A DNA stretch of 49,216 nucleotides. Source: a bacterium (GTDB lineage: Bacteria; Patescibacteriota; Microgenomatia; JAADGY01). The DNA is taken from the NCBI GenBank assembly GCA_027028625.1, contig JALVIH010000052.1, positions 1 through 49,216 of the forward strand, read 5' to 3'. The notes under the pieces are model-generated. The model made no database searches. It had not been told where the DNA came from and worked only from the letters and a program-made list of their open reading frames with translations. The position numbers were made by a program, and so were the translations under genes. Within the stretch, counting starts at the first letter, position 1. Each line of letters begins with the position of its first letter. Below, piece by piece: positions 34,585-43,965 of this stretch.

Positions 34585-35081
34585 GGCGTTAGTTGGGTAA
34601 CCACCTTTACCTGATGGCAAAAATAATCATTTAAATTTCTACATAAACCATCCCGCCAACCAGTGGCTATTTCTATCTTTAGAAGATCATTTGCTTTATC
34701 AATGGTCAGTTTTAACCTCCGCTTAAAACGAGTATTAGGGATATATGAGCAACTTCCTGACTGATAAGGGGTTGAAAAATTCAACTGATACAAACAATAT
34801 TCCTTTTCTGCCCCATCAGCCAGATCAGCCCATTTGCTACCAAAAGCCGTTTGGATAAACTCATCCCAACTGGCTGACCTATCCCGTTCGGCTCGTAACC
34901 AATTAAGCCCTTCTTGGGTAAAACGATTGGCTTGCATCTTGTTTCGGGCATATCTTGTTTGGACAATGGCTACAATTGAAGCATTTATCATCGCCACCAA
35001 GACAAAAGCAGTTATGGAAACCACCACCAAAACCTCTAGGAAAGTTGATCCTTTAAATCGATTCAACTTCCAGATTGCCAT
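34572..35081 (-). CDS. Prepilin-type minor pilin
   Basis: N-terminus MAIWKLNRFKG/STFLEVLVVVSI, with Glu at +5 and a hydrophobic helix. Confidence 0.65.
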   Translation of the reverse strand: MAIWKLNRFKGSTFLEVLVVVSITAFVLVAMINASIVAIVQTRYARNKMQANRFTQEGLNWLRAERDRSASWDEFIQTAFGSKWADLADGAEKEYCLYQLNFSTPYQSGSCSYIPNTRFKRRLKLTIDKANDLLKIEIATGWRDGLCRNLNDYFCHQVKVVTQLTPWQD

Positions 35082-35556
35082 TTTTATCTACTTTAACTTG
35101 ATAATAACATTTATCTAATGTTTTGAAACAAAAACCAACGTTAACCGCTTGTTTTAAACCGTGGCTAAGAGGAAGTATCTCCAATTTTACTCCGTTTTGA
35201 AAAACAACTTCTTGGCGGCTAACCAAATCATCTAAACGATAGGTTACCACATCAGCATTCTGAGTAGAACACTTTACCTCTAAGGTGTACTCTGGACTGG
35301 CGGCGGTGGTCTGAATCTGGCTGCCTTGAAAGGCTCCTTGACAACCGCTAACTTCTTTCAAAATAGAGGCACTCTCATTCTTTTTAATTAGTAATCTCAC
35401 TTCCTTAGCCCAGTTACTGGCCACCAATTTTACCACCCGGTGTTCATAATAATTCTTGTAAACTATCAAACCAACAGTAGAAAGGAGTAAGCTTAAGGCA
35501 ATAGTAATAAGAGCTTCAATAAGGGTAAAACCCGAGAAGTTGTTCTTTATTCTCAT
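35053..35556 (-). CDS. Prepilin-type minor pilin
   Basis: N-terminus MRIKNNFSG/FTLIEALITIAL. Confidence 0.7.
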   Translation of the reverse strand: MRIKNNFSGFTLIEALITIALSLLLSTVGLIVYKNYYEHRVVKLVASNWAKEVRLLIKKNESASILKEVSGCQGAFQGSQIQTTAASPEYTLEVKCSTQNADVVTYRLDDLVSRQEVVFQNGVKLEILPLSHGLKQAVNVGFCFKTLDKCYYQVKVDKNGNLEVESI

Positions 35557-35559
35557 TTT

Positions 35560-36015
35560 TTAATGACCTTGGAGACAATAGTTACAATCTTTTCCACATT
35601 CCCCCCCAGAAAGGGTAGAAGGGGGGTAATGACTATCGCCGGAACTAGGAATATTCTCCTCTTCTTCCATCGTTGCACATAAGACGTAACTCGTTCCGTT
35701 TGAAGAGTAATAATAGTGTTGAGTAGGATAAGAAGGATCCTGGGGGATTTCTTGAAGATAAGTTCTATCACCACTACCATCAGTCAAACTACCTCCAAAA
35801 TCTAGAGTCGTTGGGTAAGCATCCCAATCCGAGCTATACAAAGTTAAGGCTGATTGAATAGTTCTCATATCTACTAATCTCTTTTTGTCTCGTCCAGAAC
35901 CAGAAGCTTTATTTAAACGGATAACAATGCTCGCTGTAACTAGAGAGATAAGAGTAATAACCACTAACATCTCAACAAAAGTAAAGCCTGGCAGTTTTCC
36001 TTTTTTTTCTTTCAC
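35560..36015 (-). CDS. Type IV pilin / GspG-like pilin
   Basis: N-terminus MKEKKGKLPG/FTFVEMLVVITL, followed by RLVDMRTIQSALTLY, and four Cys in the C-terminal half. Confidence 0.75.
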   Translation of the reverse strand: MKEKKGKLPGFTFVEMLVVITLISLVTASIVIRLNKASGSGRDKKRLVDMRTIQSALTLYSSDWDAYPTTLDFGGSLTDGSGDRTYLQEIPQDPSYPTQHYYYSSNGTSYVLCATMEEEENIPSSGDSHYPPSTLSGGECGKDCNYCLQGH

Positions 36016-36059
36016 AGCTCTTTTTTCGCTTCAAAAATTTTTAATTGATAAAAACTCAC

Positions 36060-36542
36060 TTACTGCAAATTGTAAATACAGTAATATTGGCCGCTAGCGG
36101 CTGGTGTGGGTTGAGTTCCGCCATCGGCTAAATTAGCGTTTCCTTTTGCTTGTTCCAATTTCTCACAACACCAGTAATGGTCGGTAAAAACTCTCCCTGG
36201 ACTCTGATCACCACCAGCTTGATTGACATCACAATAACTCCCTTTCTCCAAAGTTGTCGGTAGCTGGCCATCACTAAAATAGTTTAATAAATCACTATTA
36301 TCCCGAAGTAAACTACCGCTGCTATCTCCAGGATAAGACCCCTTGGCTAAGTAATACTGTTCCAAAGCGTTTTGAAGAGTTTTTAAATCGGCCCGACGAC
36401 GGGCGTCACGTCCCCGACTCAACGAACGGCTATAATTGCTCAAACCTACTGCTGCTAGGATAGCAATAATAGTCATTACCACCAACAACTCCAATAAGGT
36501 GAATCCAGCTAGTCTTTTCTTATCTTTCAGAGTTAAACTCAT
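36060..36542 (-). CDS. Type IV pilin (candidate major pilin)
   Basis: N-terminus KKRLAG/FTLLELLVVMTIIAILAAVGL, followed by RRADLKTLQNALEQYY, and four Cys. It is the first pilin after pilD. Confidence 0.75.
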   Translation of the reverse strand: MSLTLKDKKRLAGFTLLELLVVMTIIAILAAVGLSNYSRSLSRGRDARRRADLKTLQNALEQYYLAKGSYPGDSSGSLLRDNSDLLNYFSDGQLPTTLEKGSYCDVNQAGGDQSPGRVFTDHYWCCEKLEQAKGNANLADGGTQPTPAASGQYYCIYNLQ

Positions 36543-36603
36543 TCTCTCTTCCTTAAACTTTATAACTTTACAAATTTTATAAACTCTCCATTTTTTTAAC
36601 TTC

Positions 36604-37404
36604 CTAACTCCATTGTAACAAGATATGCCACCAATTAAAAGCCCAACTAAGCCAGAAAGAGAAGATAAGAAAAGGTCCTAAAGGGATAAGTGACTTTAGA
36701 CCCACCCCTCGATGGATGATAACTAAAAATAACCCGACAAATGCTCCTAAAACAAAAGCTAACCAAACAGACATCACTCCACCTACTGCCCCCAGAAAAA
36801 AAGGAGGAAAAATAACTAAAAATACATCACCCAACCCCAAACCTTTCTTCTTAGTTATCAAAAAGAGAAAAAGCATCAAAAGAACGTTGATACTTACTCC
36901 TACTAAAGCTAGCAAGCTATGAGATCCAAAAAACAACCAAAACAGGCCGGAACTAATTAACAGTCCCCATAAAGGGTACAAAGGTATAAAAAGATAATAA
37001 AGATCGTAACTGAAGATAAGGAGAGAAAAAAAGAGGGTGGAAAGAAGAAGAAAAATAAAAAGACAACTAGAAAACAAAGAGGGGGCCATTAATATCCCTC
37101 TAGCCGTTATTCCCACTAAGGCTAAAATACCCATCACTCCACCAAGACATTCAGTTAGAGGATAACGCCAAGATAAAGGATAGTGACAACACCGCGTTTT
37201 CCCCCTAAGAATAAAAAATGAAAGACAAGGAATATTTTCCCACCAACTTAGCTGGCGGTGGCAGTAGTCGCAAAACGACCTTCGAGCCCGGAGTAATTTC
37301 TTAGGCATCGTTCCATCAATAGGATGACGGTAAGACCACATATTAGCAAAACTAACTAAAGAAGCTCCTAAGGCAAAACTTAAGAAAATGAGAATAACTG
37401 CCAT
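36604..37404 (-). CDS. pilD: Prepilin peptidase (A24 family, PilD)
   Basis: 266-aa polytopic ORF with an N-terminal Cys cluster CDYC...CCHYP and Asp-containing motifs FSYDLYYLFIP and GLGLGDVFL. Confidence 0.8.
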   Translation of the reverse strand: MAVILIFLSFALGASLVSFANMWSYRHPIDGTMPKKLLRARRSFCDYCHRQLSWWENIPCLSFFILRGKTRCCHYPLSWRYPLTECLGGVMGILALVGITARGILMAPSLFSSCLFIFLLLSTLFFSLLIFSYDLYYLFIPLYPLWGLLISSGLFWLFFGSHSLLALVGVSINVLLMLFLFLITKKKGLGLGDVFLVIFPPFFLGAVGGVMSVWLAFVLGAFVGLFLVIIHRGVGLKSLIPLGPFLIFSFWLSWAFNWWHILLQWS

Positions 37405-37409
37405 TTTAA

Positions 37410-38231
37410 TTAAAAAGCAAAAGGATTATCTCTTCCACTATTTCCTCCAGATGAGGATGATGTAGCTATAGTATAAGAAAAACCTCGATACTCTTGAAGA
37501 AGAGTGTGGAACCGCTCCTCTTCCTTAACCTTCGGAGTAAAGAGGGGATCATCAAGAGAAGGAAGAAATGAAGGGGGATTAACAGCATAGAATGAAAGAG
37601 TAATTACTCCTTCTACAGTAGTCGAGGAGGGGTTAGAAGAAGTAAAGTTGAAGCTCAATTTATCAATAACAACTAACGGTTTTATTTTCTCCAGGGTAGA
37701 AAGAAAGTGAATTACATTTCTCAACTCACCACTCACTCTTACATCCAACTTCAATTCTTTTACCCCTAAACGCTGGGGTAGCTTGGCTACCTTCTTTTTG
37801 TTTACCTTCTTAGCCTGGTGAGGTGCTAAATTCAGGCTATTGCTGGCTATACGGCCAGGAGAAAAATTGAGATCACCTAGCAAAAGATTATTTTCTTTCC
37901 CCAACTCGCTCAGGATACTTATGATAAGAGGGGCAGAGTGATAAAGAGGTAATATATCTATACTTTTATTTACTTTTAGATCTAACTGCTGATCATCTAT
38001 TGTTGAAAGCTGATTGGCTTTCTTTTTATATTTTTTCAGTTCAGATTGGATAATCGATAAACGCTTTCTATCCCGACGATAATTCCTTAGATTAGGAAGG
38101 AAAAGAAGAAATAGCAGAGCAAAACCAATCACACCATAGACCCCCCAAAGCAGAAGGACTTTCTTACTTAAGTTAGAAGGATCAAATAACTGGTTATCTT
38201 TTAAATTGAAGTTCATTTTTCTTTTTTCCAC
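37410..38231 (-). CDS. PilO-like pilus assembly protein (TM plus coiled coil plus C-terminal domain)
   Basis: 273 aa with one TM (LLWGVYGVIGFALLFLLFL) followed by a coiled-coil-like segment. Positioned after the pilM and pilN-like genes. Assigned by architecture only. Confidence 0.4.
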   Translation of the reverse strand: MEKRKMNFNLKDNQLFDPSNLSKKVLLLWGVYGVIGFALLFLLFLPNLRNYRRDRKRLSIIQSELKKYKKKANQLSTIDDQQLDLKVNKSIDILPLYHSAPLIISILSELGKENNLLLGDLNFSPGRIASNSLNLAPHQAKKVNKKKVAKLPQRLGVKELKLDVRVSGELRNVIHFLSTLEKIKPLVVIDKLSFNFTSSNPSSTTVEGVITLSFYAVNPPSFLPSLDDPLFTPKVKEEERFHTLLQEYRGFSYTIATSSSSGGNSGRDNPFAF

Positions 38232-38764
38232 TCTAGATTCAGAACCAAATTATACAAACCATTAGCATCTCGCTTCACACCATTCATACTTCCTTCTTTA
38301 AAACTAGCTAAAGAGGGGGTAGAACGAAGCTCTTTCTCCAGATTTAAAACTTTCACTAGATTAGCCACCCCACAAATCAACCTTTCTTTCTCGTTATTAT
38401 CCAAGCTTAAACTAATAAGTTGGCAATGGCCAGATTGCTGGGTTAGGTTTAAACTCTTATTTACTAAACTCAACCAATTAAACCGCTTATCTAGCAAAGA
38501 AAGGGTAGTCCGAACTGCCAAAGTATAATAAAACTCCTTCTCTTCTACAGCTTCTCTTGCTTTAATGTTCTTTTTGTATTGTTCAATCTGAGCTTGATAA
38601 GTTTTTATCCTTCTTACTAAAGAAAAACGGAGTAAAGTACTTAATCCTCCTAAAACAAAAAGAAAGAGGAGTATTCCCAGCGGATACAAGAGAAGTTGAG
38701 TTTCCCTTTCAATCTTTTTCTTCTTGGTTGACCGAGCTATGGTTGCAAAGTTTATGGTGGTCAT
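38213..38764 (-). CDS. PilN-like pilus assembly protein
   Basis: 183 aa with a short cytoplasmic N-terminus, one TM, then a coiled coil. Lies immediately downstream of pilM. Confidence 0.5.
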   Translation of the reverse strand: MTTINFATIARSTKKKKIERETQLLLYPLGILLFLFVLGGLSTLLRFSLVRRIKTYQAQIEQYKKNIKAREAVEEKEFYYTLAVRTTLSLLDKRFNWLSLVNKSLNLTQQSGHCQLISLSLDNNEKERLICGVANLVKVLNLEKELRSTPSLASFKEGSMNGVKRDANGLYNLVLNLEWKKEK

Positions 38765-38769
38765 AGGAA

Positions 38770-39783
38770 TTAATCATTATTCCTCATAGCCGAACCTACT
38801 GCCTGGGCATAGAAATAAGGATATTTCTTCACTTCTTCAGGCATATTAAGAATAAAATCTTCAAATGTAGGCAAGCTTATTTCTAAGTTAACCTGACTAC
38901 TTAAATAAACACTCATCCCAGGCAAGGCGGCCCCACCTCCAACTACAATTACTTCTTTGACCTTTTCAGCTAATATCTTATCCTCAAAGAAAGCAATTAA
39001 GCGTTTTATCTCTTCTGCTAATTGATCCAGGGCCATTGTTAAAATACCAGCCAACTTGCCCTCAAACTGTTTTTTATCCAAACCATAGGTCATCTTTAAC
39101 TTATTAGCCTGAACCTCATCTATATTAAGAGTCCGAGCCACTAAACGATCCAAGCTTTGGCCAGAAAGGTCTATCTTCCGACTTATATAAAGCCTACCTT
39201 CTTTAGCAATACCCAAGCTAAACTGGCTATGACCTAAATCAATAATTAAGACCGGTTCTTTTTTACCAAAACTAACCGACCGGGCTAAAGCCCCCATTGA
39301 GTTTTCCAATACTTCTATAATTAAGCCATAGTCAACGCTTAAATCTAAAATCTCATCAACTCTCTTCCGGGGAACTGCAGCCACAAAAATAAGCTGGCGG
39401 ACTTTCTTATCCTTCTCCACTTTTCCCAAACGGCTAAAAGAGTAATAAACATCATCCACCTTTAGAGGAAGGTACTGCTCCAACTCGAACTTTAAAGCCT
39501 GGTTAAGCTCATAATCAGAAAGAGACGGCATAACTAAAGTCCGACTGTAAATCTCCCCTTCACTCAGAGCAGTATTAATATTATTTCCACCTAATTTATA
39601 TTTTGACCAGACATTATTCAAAAATTTCTTGGCCTCTTTAATTTCTGCTTGTCGCTTAAGAAACCACTGTAGTTGATGGACTTCCATTCCTCCACTCACC
39701 CATTGATATTTCCCTTCTTTTTCCATCAACTGGAGCTGGGCCGCCTTAAAAACCTGTGATCCAAAATCAATACCTATTGCCAT
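38770..39783 (-). CDS. pilM: Type IV pilus assembly protein PilM (actin-like ATPase fold)
   Basis: 337 aa with IGIDFGS at the N-terminus, IIDLGHSQFSL and VVGGGAALPG motifs. Confidence 0.8.
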   Translation of the reverse strand: MAIGIDFGSQVFKAAQLQLMEKEGKYQWVSGGMEVHQLQWFLKRQAEIKEAKKFLNNVWSKYKLGGNNINTALSEGEIYSRTLVMPSLSDYELNQALKFELEQYLPLKVDDVYYSFSRLGKVEKDKKVRQLIFVAAVPRKRVDEILDLSVDYGLIIEVLENSMGALARSVSFGKKEPVLIIDLGHSQFSLGIAKEGRLYISRKIDLSGQSLDRLVARTLNIDEVQANKLKMTYGLDKKQFEGKLAGILTMALDQLAEEIKRLIAFFEDKILAEKVKEVIVVGGGAALPGMSVYLSSQVNLEISLPTFEDFILNMPEEVKKYPYFYAQAVGSAMRNND

Positions 39784-39803
39784 CCCTCCTCCTTTTTTTA
39801 CTA

Positions 39804-40724
39804 TTAGTCAACTTCCAAACTGGTTCCACTATACAAAGCATAATCAAATATGGCTGGGAGGATAGGGAATGATTTAAAGGCTTCCAATCGCTGCACCGAT
39901 GAATTAGCCGCTTCACCACCGGCCTGAGAAGTAATCTTATACCCCTGAGTTGGGTAGTAATAGTCTCCTGTTTTATCACTTGGAACCGCAAATCCAAGTG
40001 GGTGACGAACCTGACCGTTAAAGAGGAATCTTACTCTTAAAAATAAAGGAGTCTTAACAGACGCAAAACGTGAACCAAAACTTATTGAATTTAAACCAAA
40101 GTTAATTGTTGCTCGATAAGCAAACCTCTTTTTGCCAAATGTCGTTCGATAAGTTGTACTTCCAACACTTTGAACATTAGTAGAGAAGTTACCTCGACCT
40201 TGGGCATCAAAAGCATATCTTTTGGATTTAATTTGATCTCCATCTTTATAATAAAAAGTCACCTCAATACCTGGTTGGTTCTCCGCTGGTGCCCCATTAC
40301 TCTTAACCCGACCCCAGAGAAGGTCAATACTCCCAACATTGTAATACTTACTTTCGTCTAAAGAGTGGTTCGAGTCGTCATATTGAACTAAGAAAAATTG
40401 GCGAACATCATCTTGAGCTAAACCATCAGGAAAAGTAAAAACAATATACTTATTCCATTGAGCCTTTTTGGTAATAACACTAACATTAACATTACCCACA
40501 TTTATCTGTGTTTCTCCTTGGGTTAAAAAGGCCTGAGGATTATTAAGCACTTTCTCCAATCCAGCTTCTGCTGCCGAAAAGGAACGCAGTTCTTTCTGGG
40601 ATTCAGTAGAGATCTTAACATCCTTCAAACTCCGCGAGATTAAAGCCAAGACAATAGTTGAAACTACTACTACAAAAAGGAGCCCAATAATTAAAGCTTG
40701 TCCTTTTAGTCTCTTTATTGTCAT
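39804..40724 (-). CDS. PilX-like pilus-associated protein (non-cleavable pilin-like N-terminal helix)
   Basis: 306 aa with N-terminus KGQALIIGLLFVVVVSTIVLALISRS, resembling PilX-type N-termini. The rest looks beta-rich. It is the first gene of the pilus block. Confidence 0.4.
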   Translation of the reverse strand: MTIKRLKGQALIIGLLFVVVVSTIVLALISRSLKDVKISTESQKELRSFSAAEAGLEKVLNNPQAFLTQGETQINVGNVNVSVITKKAQWNKYIVFTFPDGLAQDDVRQFFLVQYDDSNHSLDESKYYNVGSIDLLWGRVKSNGAPAENQPGIEVTFYYKDGDQIKSKRYAFDAQGRGNFSTNVQSVGSTTYRTTFGKKRFAYRATINFGLNSISFGSRFASVKTPLFLRVRFLFNGQVRHPLGFAVPSDKTGDYYYPTQGYKITSQAGGEAANSSVQRLEAFKSFPILPAIFDYALYSGTSLEVD

Positions 40725-40754
40725 TATTTATAGCATAACGCAGAGCAAGAATAA

Positions 40755-40783
40755 TTGTCAACTTAAACTCCTTATGTTACAAT
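40755..40783 (+). promoter_or_regulatory. rpsP promoter (TTGTCA-17-TACAAT with TG extension), 6 nt before the ATG
   Basis: TTGTCA at 40755-40760, 17-nt spacer ending in TGT, TACAAT at 40778-40783, TCTTTT, then ATG at 40790. Confidence 0.55.
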
Positions 40784-40789
40784 TCTTTT

Positions 40790-41047
40790 ATGTTAACTCT
40801 AAAACTAAGGAGAAGCGGTCGAAAAGGACTGCCTTTTTATCATCTAGTCGTTGCAGAAAAAAGATCTAAAGTCTTGGGTAAATTCCGAGACAAGATAGGT
40901 TACTATAACCCCCTTGATGAGAAGGATGGCTTTAAGCTCGACCAGAAAAAACTCACTTATTGGTTGTCTCAAGGAGTTATACTAAGTGAGGGCATTAGAA
41001 AATTATTTAAACATTTTAAGGTAAAAACAAATGTCGGAACTAACTGA
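40790..41047 (+). CDS. rpsP: 30S ribosomal protein S16
   Basis: MLTLKLRRSGRKGLPFYHLVVAEKRSK...IGYYNP. Confidence 0.95.
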   Translation: MLTLKLRRSGRKGLPFYHLVVAEKRSKVLGKFRDKIGYYNPLDEKDGFKLDQKKLTYWLSQGVILSEGIRKLFKHFKVKTNVGTN

Positions 41048-41390
41048 TTTTCTCAACTTCCTTATCTCTTCTTTTATTGGAAAAGATGAGTATCAACTCA
41101 GCCAAAGCGAAAATAATGGGGTAATTAACTACCAACTCCAGGTAAAGCCAGAAAAGGCTGGTTTAATAATCGGCCGCCAGGGAAGAACTATTAAAGCTAT
41201 TCGTCGCTTATTACAGATTAAGGCCAGTCAAGAAAAGCTCCATGTTTACCTTCAAGTAAACTCGCCTAACGACCAGAATCAACTTAAAAAGGAAGAAGAA
41301 ATTCCTTCAAGAGAAGAGGGCAAAGAGCTAAGTAGGAGTGAAGAAAAAGTTCAAGAGCTAGCCGAATTGGTCAACGACTCAGACAATTAA
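41031..41390 (+). CDS. KH-domain RNA-binding protein (YlqC/UPF0109-like) with a charged C-terminal tail
   Basis: GxxG loop in AGLIIGRQGRTIKAIRRLL. Conserved position downstream of rpsP. Confidence 0.8.
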   Translation: MSELTDFLNFLISSFIGKDEYQLSQSENNGVINYQLQVKPEKAGLIIGRQGRTIKAIRRLLQIKASQEKLHVYLQVNSPNDQNQLKKEEEIPSREEGKELSRSEEKVQELAELVNDSDN

Positions 41391-42685
41391 TAAGCTCCGC
41401 GGCCAGTCAAAACTATCCACGGCGTCCGAAGGAGAATCCAAAGGTCAAATAATAAACTTCGGTTAGCCACATAATAAAGGTCATACTCAATATTTTTCTT
41501 AAGAGGCAGATCTTTCCGCCCCAAAATCTGCCAAAGTCCAGTCAACCCTGGTTTAGCTTGAAGACGGATCTTTTGCCAGCGGCGGTATCTATCCACCTCC
41601 ATCTTCATTTCCGGCCGTGGTCCAACCAAACTCATCTCTCCTTTAAGGATATTTATCAACTGAGGCAACTCATCTAAACTGCTCCGCCGTAGCCAGCGGC
41701 CCCAAAAGTATATCCGCGGGTCTTGAGCAGAATGGGGCGATCGAGCTTCCTTTGGTTTCCCTTTCATTGTCAAGAACTTATACATCTTAAAGAGTTTACC
41801 TTGATAACCAACTCTCCATAAGCCGATAATCGGCCAGCGGCCACTTTGGCTAAAAATAAAGAATCCTACTACTAACCAAAGAGGAAAGGTAAGGACCAAA
41901 AGAAAAGAGGATAAAATAATATCGCCAACTCTTTTCAGCCAGGAGTAGATAGTTGAAGGGGGGGTAAAACTTAAGCGGGGTAGGGAATCATAATAAAGAT
42001 GCAAACTGGGGTCAGTGAAGATACGAGGAAAAAAATTAAGAGTCAAACTAACCTTTTTAATCTCCGACTGATGCTTCTCCAACCAAGAGAAAATTTCCTC
42101 CGGCGAAAGATTAGAATCAGTGATAATTATTTCATCATAACTTTTTTTTAGACTAGAAGGCAGATTAGCTCTAACTTCTATCTTAGGCTGAAAAATAAAG
42201 TCAGCCACTAAACTGCGTCTTAATCGGTCACTGACTTGACTCCGGCCGATTATCAAGAATGAGGGTTGGAAGGCTGAGGCTATTTGCTTGCTGATAAACA
42301 GGTGAAGAAGAGGTAGAAAAACTAAAAGAAACAACCACCAACTTAGGACTACTATTCGGGAAAAGTCGTACTTGACCAGGTAACTTCCACTCATTAGAAG
42401 AATGCCAAAAAGAAAAGCACTCTCCCAAACTCTCCAGAAATACCTCTCCCGTTTTCGCTTAAAGATTAACTGCCAATTGTAGATGCCTTTCAGCCAGCCC
42501 AAGAAAGAAAAAAGAAACAATGAACCAAGGAGGAGATAGCCATACATCTCAGGCGGTTGGATAACATCATACCACCCAGTTAAAACCCGCTGGCGAAGGA
42601 AGTAGGCAAAAGCCAAACCTAGACTAAGTAACAACCAACCAAGAACCAGAAAAATTCCAACTATTCCTTTTTCTCCTATCTTCAT
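41387..42685 (-). CDS. Polyprenyl-phosphate sugar-phosphate transferase (WbaP/EpsL-type bacterial sugar transferase)
   Basis: 432 aa with N-terminal TM helices and a C-terminal catalytic domain: KMYKFLTM, LDELPQLINILKGEMSLVGPRP. Confidence 0.85.
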   Translation of the reverse strand: MKIGEKGIVGIFLVLGWLLLSLGLAFAYFLRQRVLTGWYDVIQPPEMYGYLLLGSLFLFSFLGWLKGIYNWQLIFKRKRERYFWRVWESAFLFGILLMSGSYLVKYDFSRIVVLSWWLFLLVFLPLLHLFISKQIASAFQPSFLIIGRSQVSDRLRRSLVADFIFQPKIEVRANLPSSLKKSYDEIIITDSNLSPEEIFSWLEKHQSEIKKVSLTLNFFPRIFTDPSLHLYYDSLPRLSFTPPSTIYSWLKRVGDIILSSFLLVLTFPLWLVVGFFIFSQSGRWPIIGLWRVGYQGKLFKMYKFLTMKGKPKEARSPHSAQDPRIYFWGRWLRRSSLDELPQLINILKGEMSLVGPRPEMKMEVDRYRRWQKIRLQAKPGLTGLWQILGRKDLPLKKNIEYDLYYVANRSLLFDLWILLRTPWIVLTGRGAY

Positions 42686-42686
42686 T

Positions 42687-43871
42687 CTAAGCCTCCAGAC
42701 TTTTCTCTATTGTCCTCTTTAAACTATCTAGGCTGTAGTTCTTTTTAACCCATTCTAACTCTTTTCGGCGGAACAGTTCTTGCTTTTGAGGACTAGACAA
42801 TAACTCAACTACTTTATCAGCAGCTTTATCTACCCTCTTTACTACCGCTACTGTTCCTCTTCCAATTTCTAAACCTTCCAAAATATCTTTATGGGCAACA
42901 ATAGGCAAACCAGCCGCAGCTGCTTGAAGAATTTTATTCCGACTGCCCGCCGGAGTTGTTCCCCAAGCTAAATAAAGACTGGCCTGGCTCAGAAATTCAC
43001 TCAAGTCTGGTAAATAACCCACAACCCTAACTCCCTTCCAACCAGCCTTCTTCTTCAACTCAACCACTGGATGCGGACCAGCAATAATTAACTCAGCCTG
43101 AGGCAGACGATAATGAACTTGAGGCCAAATCTTTTCGATTACTTCCAGGGCTGGGCGGTAGTTTATCGCCTTATCCATTAAACCGGAAATAACTACTTGC
43201 AACTTTTTCTTTCCCTTTGTTCTTCCCCTCTGTTTTTTTCTTTTCAAGTCAACTACATTCGGCCAAACCCACACTCTTTTTACTCCAACTTTTTCTTGAA
43301 GGTACTGACCGTCCCGCCGGCTGGCGACGATCCAAGTTAAATCGGGATGATTACTCTTGGTCTGCTTTTCCAAACGCTGGTAGGTTAAATACTCATGCCA
43401 ACCAATCAGTTTCTCCTTCCATCCTGCCACTTGCCGATAGTTTTTGTAAAACAAACTCATAGCATCAGTCGTATCCAAGAGGGTAGGGTAGTAGTTAAGA
43501 AGTTGGCCAGCAAAAGCTAGGCTGCGAAGGCGCTTAACGTACAAAAGGTCAGGCTGGACTTTTTGGGCAAATTTTTCCATCTTTTGCTTAACTTCTCTAT
43601 CTTTAAGAAACAAGTACTCCCAAGGGTAAAAGGGCCAAAGGTAAAAGTTTCGCCAAATCCTTTTCATTCCTCGCGAGAAGGAACACTCAAACAAGAAGTA
43701 TCCTTCAACCATTCTCTTTACCGACTCCACAAACTTTTTCTCCTCCGGATGGACTAAAAGGCTAAAAAGGTAAACTTGATGCCCTAATTGATTAAAGGCT
43801 TTAAGTAAATTCAAGCTGCGAATTCGGTGTAACTCCGACGGCCACGACGGCGTAACCATTAATATCTTCAT
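42687..43871 (-). CDS. Glycosyltransferase (GT-B fold, GT4-like)
   Basis: 394 aa with two Rossmann-like halves and a C-terminal sugar-nucleotide region, TTPAGSRNKILQAAAAGLPIVAH. 1 nt from the downstream sugar transferase gene. Confidence 0.75.
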   Translation of the reverse strand: MKILMVTPSWPSELHRIRSLNLLKAFNQLGHQVYLFSLLVHPEEKKFVESVKRMVEGYFLFECSFSRGMKRIWRNFYLWPFYPWEYLFLKDREVKQKMEKFAQKVQPDLLYVKRLRSLAFAGQLLNYYPTLLDTTDAMSLFYKNYRQVAGWKEKLIGWHEYLTYQRLEKQTKSNHPDLTWIVASRRDGQYLQEKVGVKRVWVWPNVVDLKRKKQRGRTKGKKKLQVVISGLMDKAINYRPALEVIEKIWPQVHYRLPQAELIIAGPHPVVELKKKAGWKGVRVVGYLPDLSEFLSQASLYLAWGTTPAGSRNKILQAAAAGLPIVAHKDILEGLEIGRGTVAVVKRVDKAADKVVELLSSPQKQELFRRKELEWVKKNYSLDSLKRTIEKSLEA

Positions 43872-43908
43872 CCTTCCCTATCTTACCACCTCTATCTCAT
43901 CCCTTTGA

Positions 43909-43940
43909 GGTTAACAGAGGTAACCAACCTCGGAGGTTGA
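43909..43940 (+). repeat. 32-nt double-palindrome motif GGTTAACAGAGGTAACCAACCTCGGAGGTTGA, copy 1
   Basis: Matches 46364-46395 at 31 of 32 positions. Contains GGTTA/TAACC and CAACCT/AGGTTG inverted pairs. Lies upstream of the PEBP gene. Confidence 0.85.
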
Positions 43941-43965
43941 TTTTTAAAAGTGATATAAATAAAGT

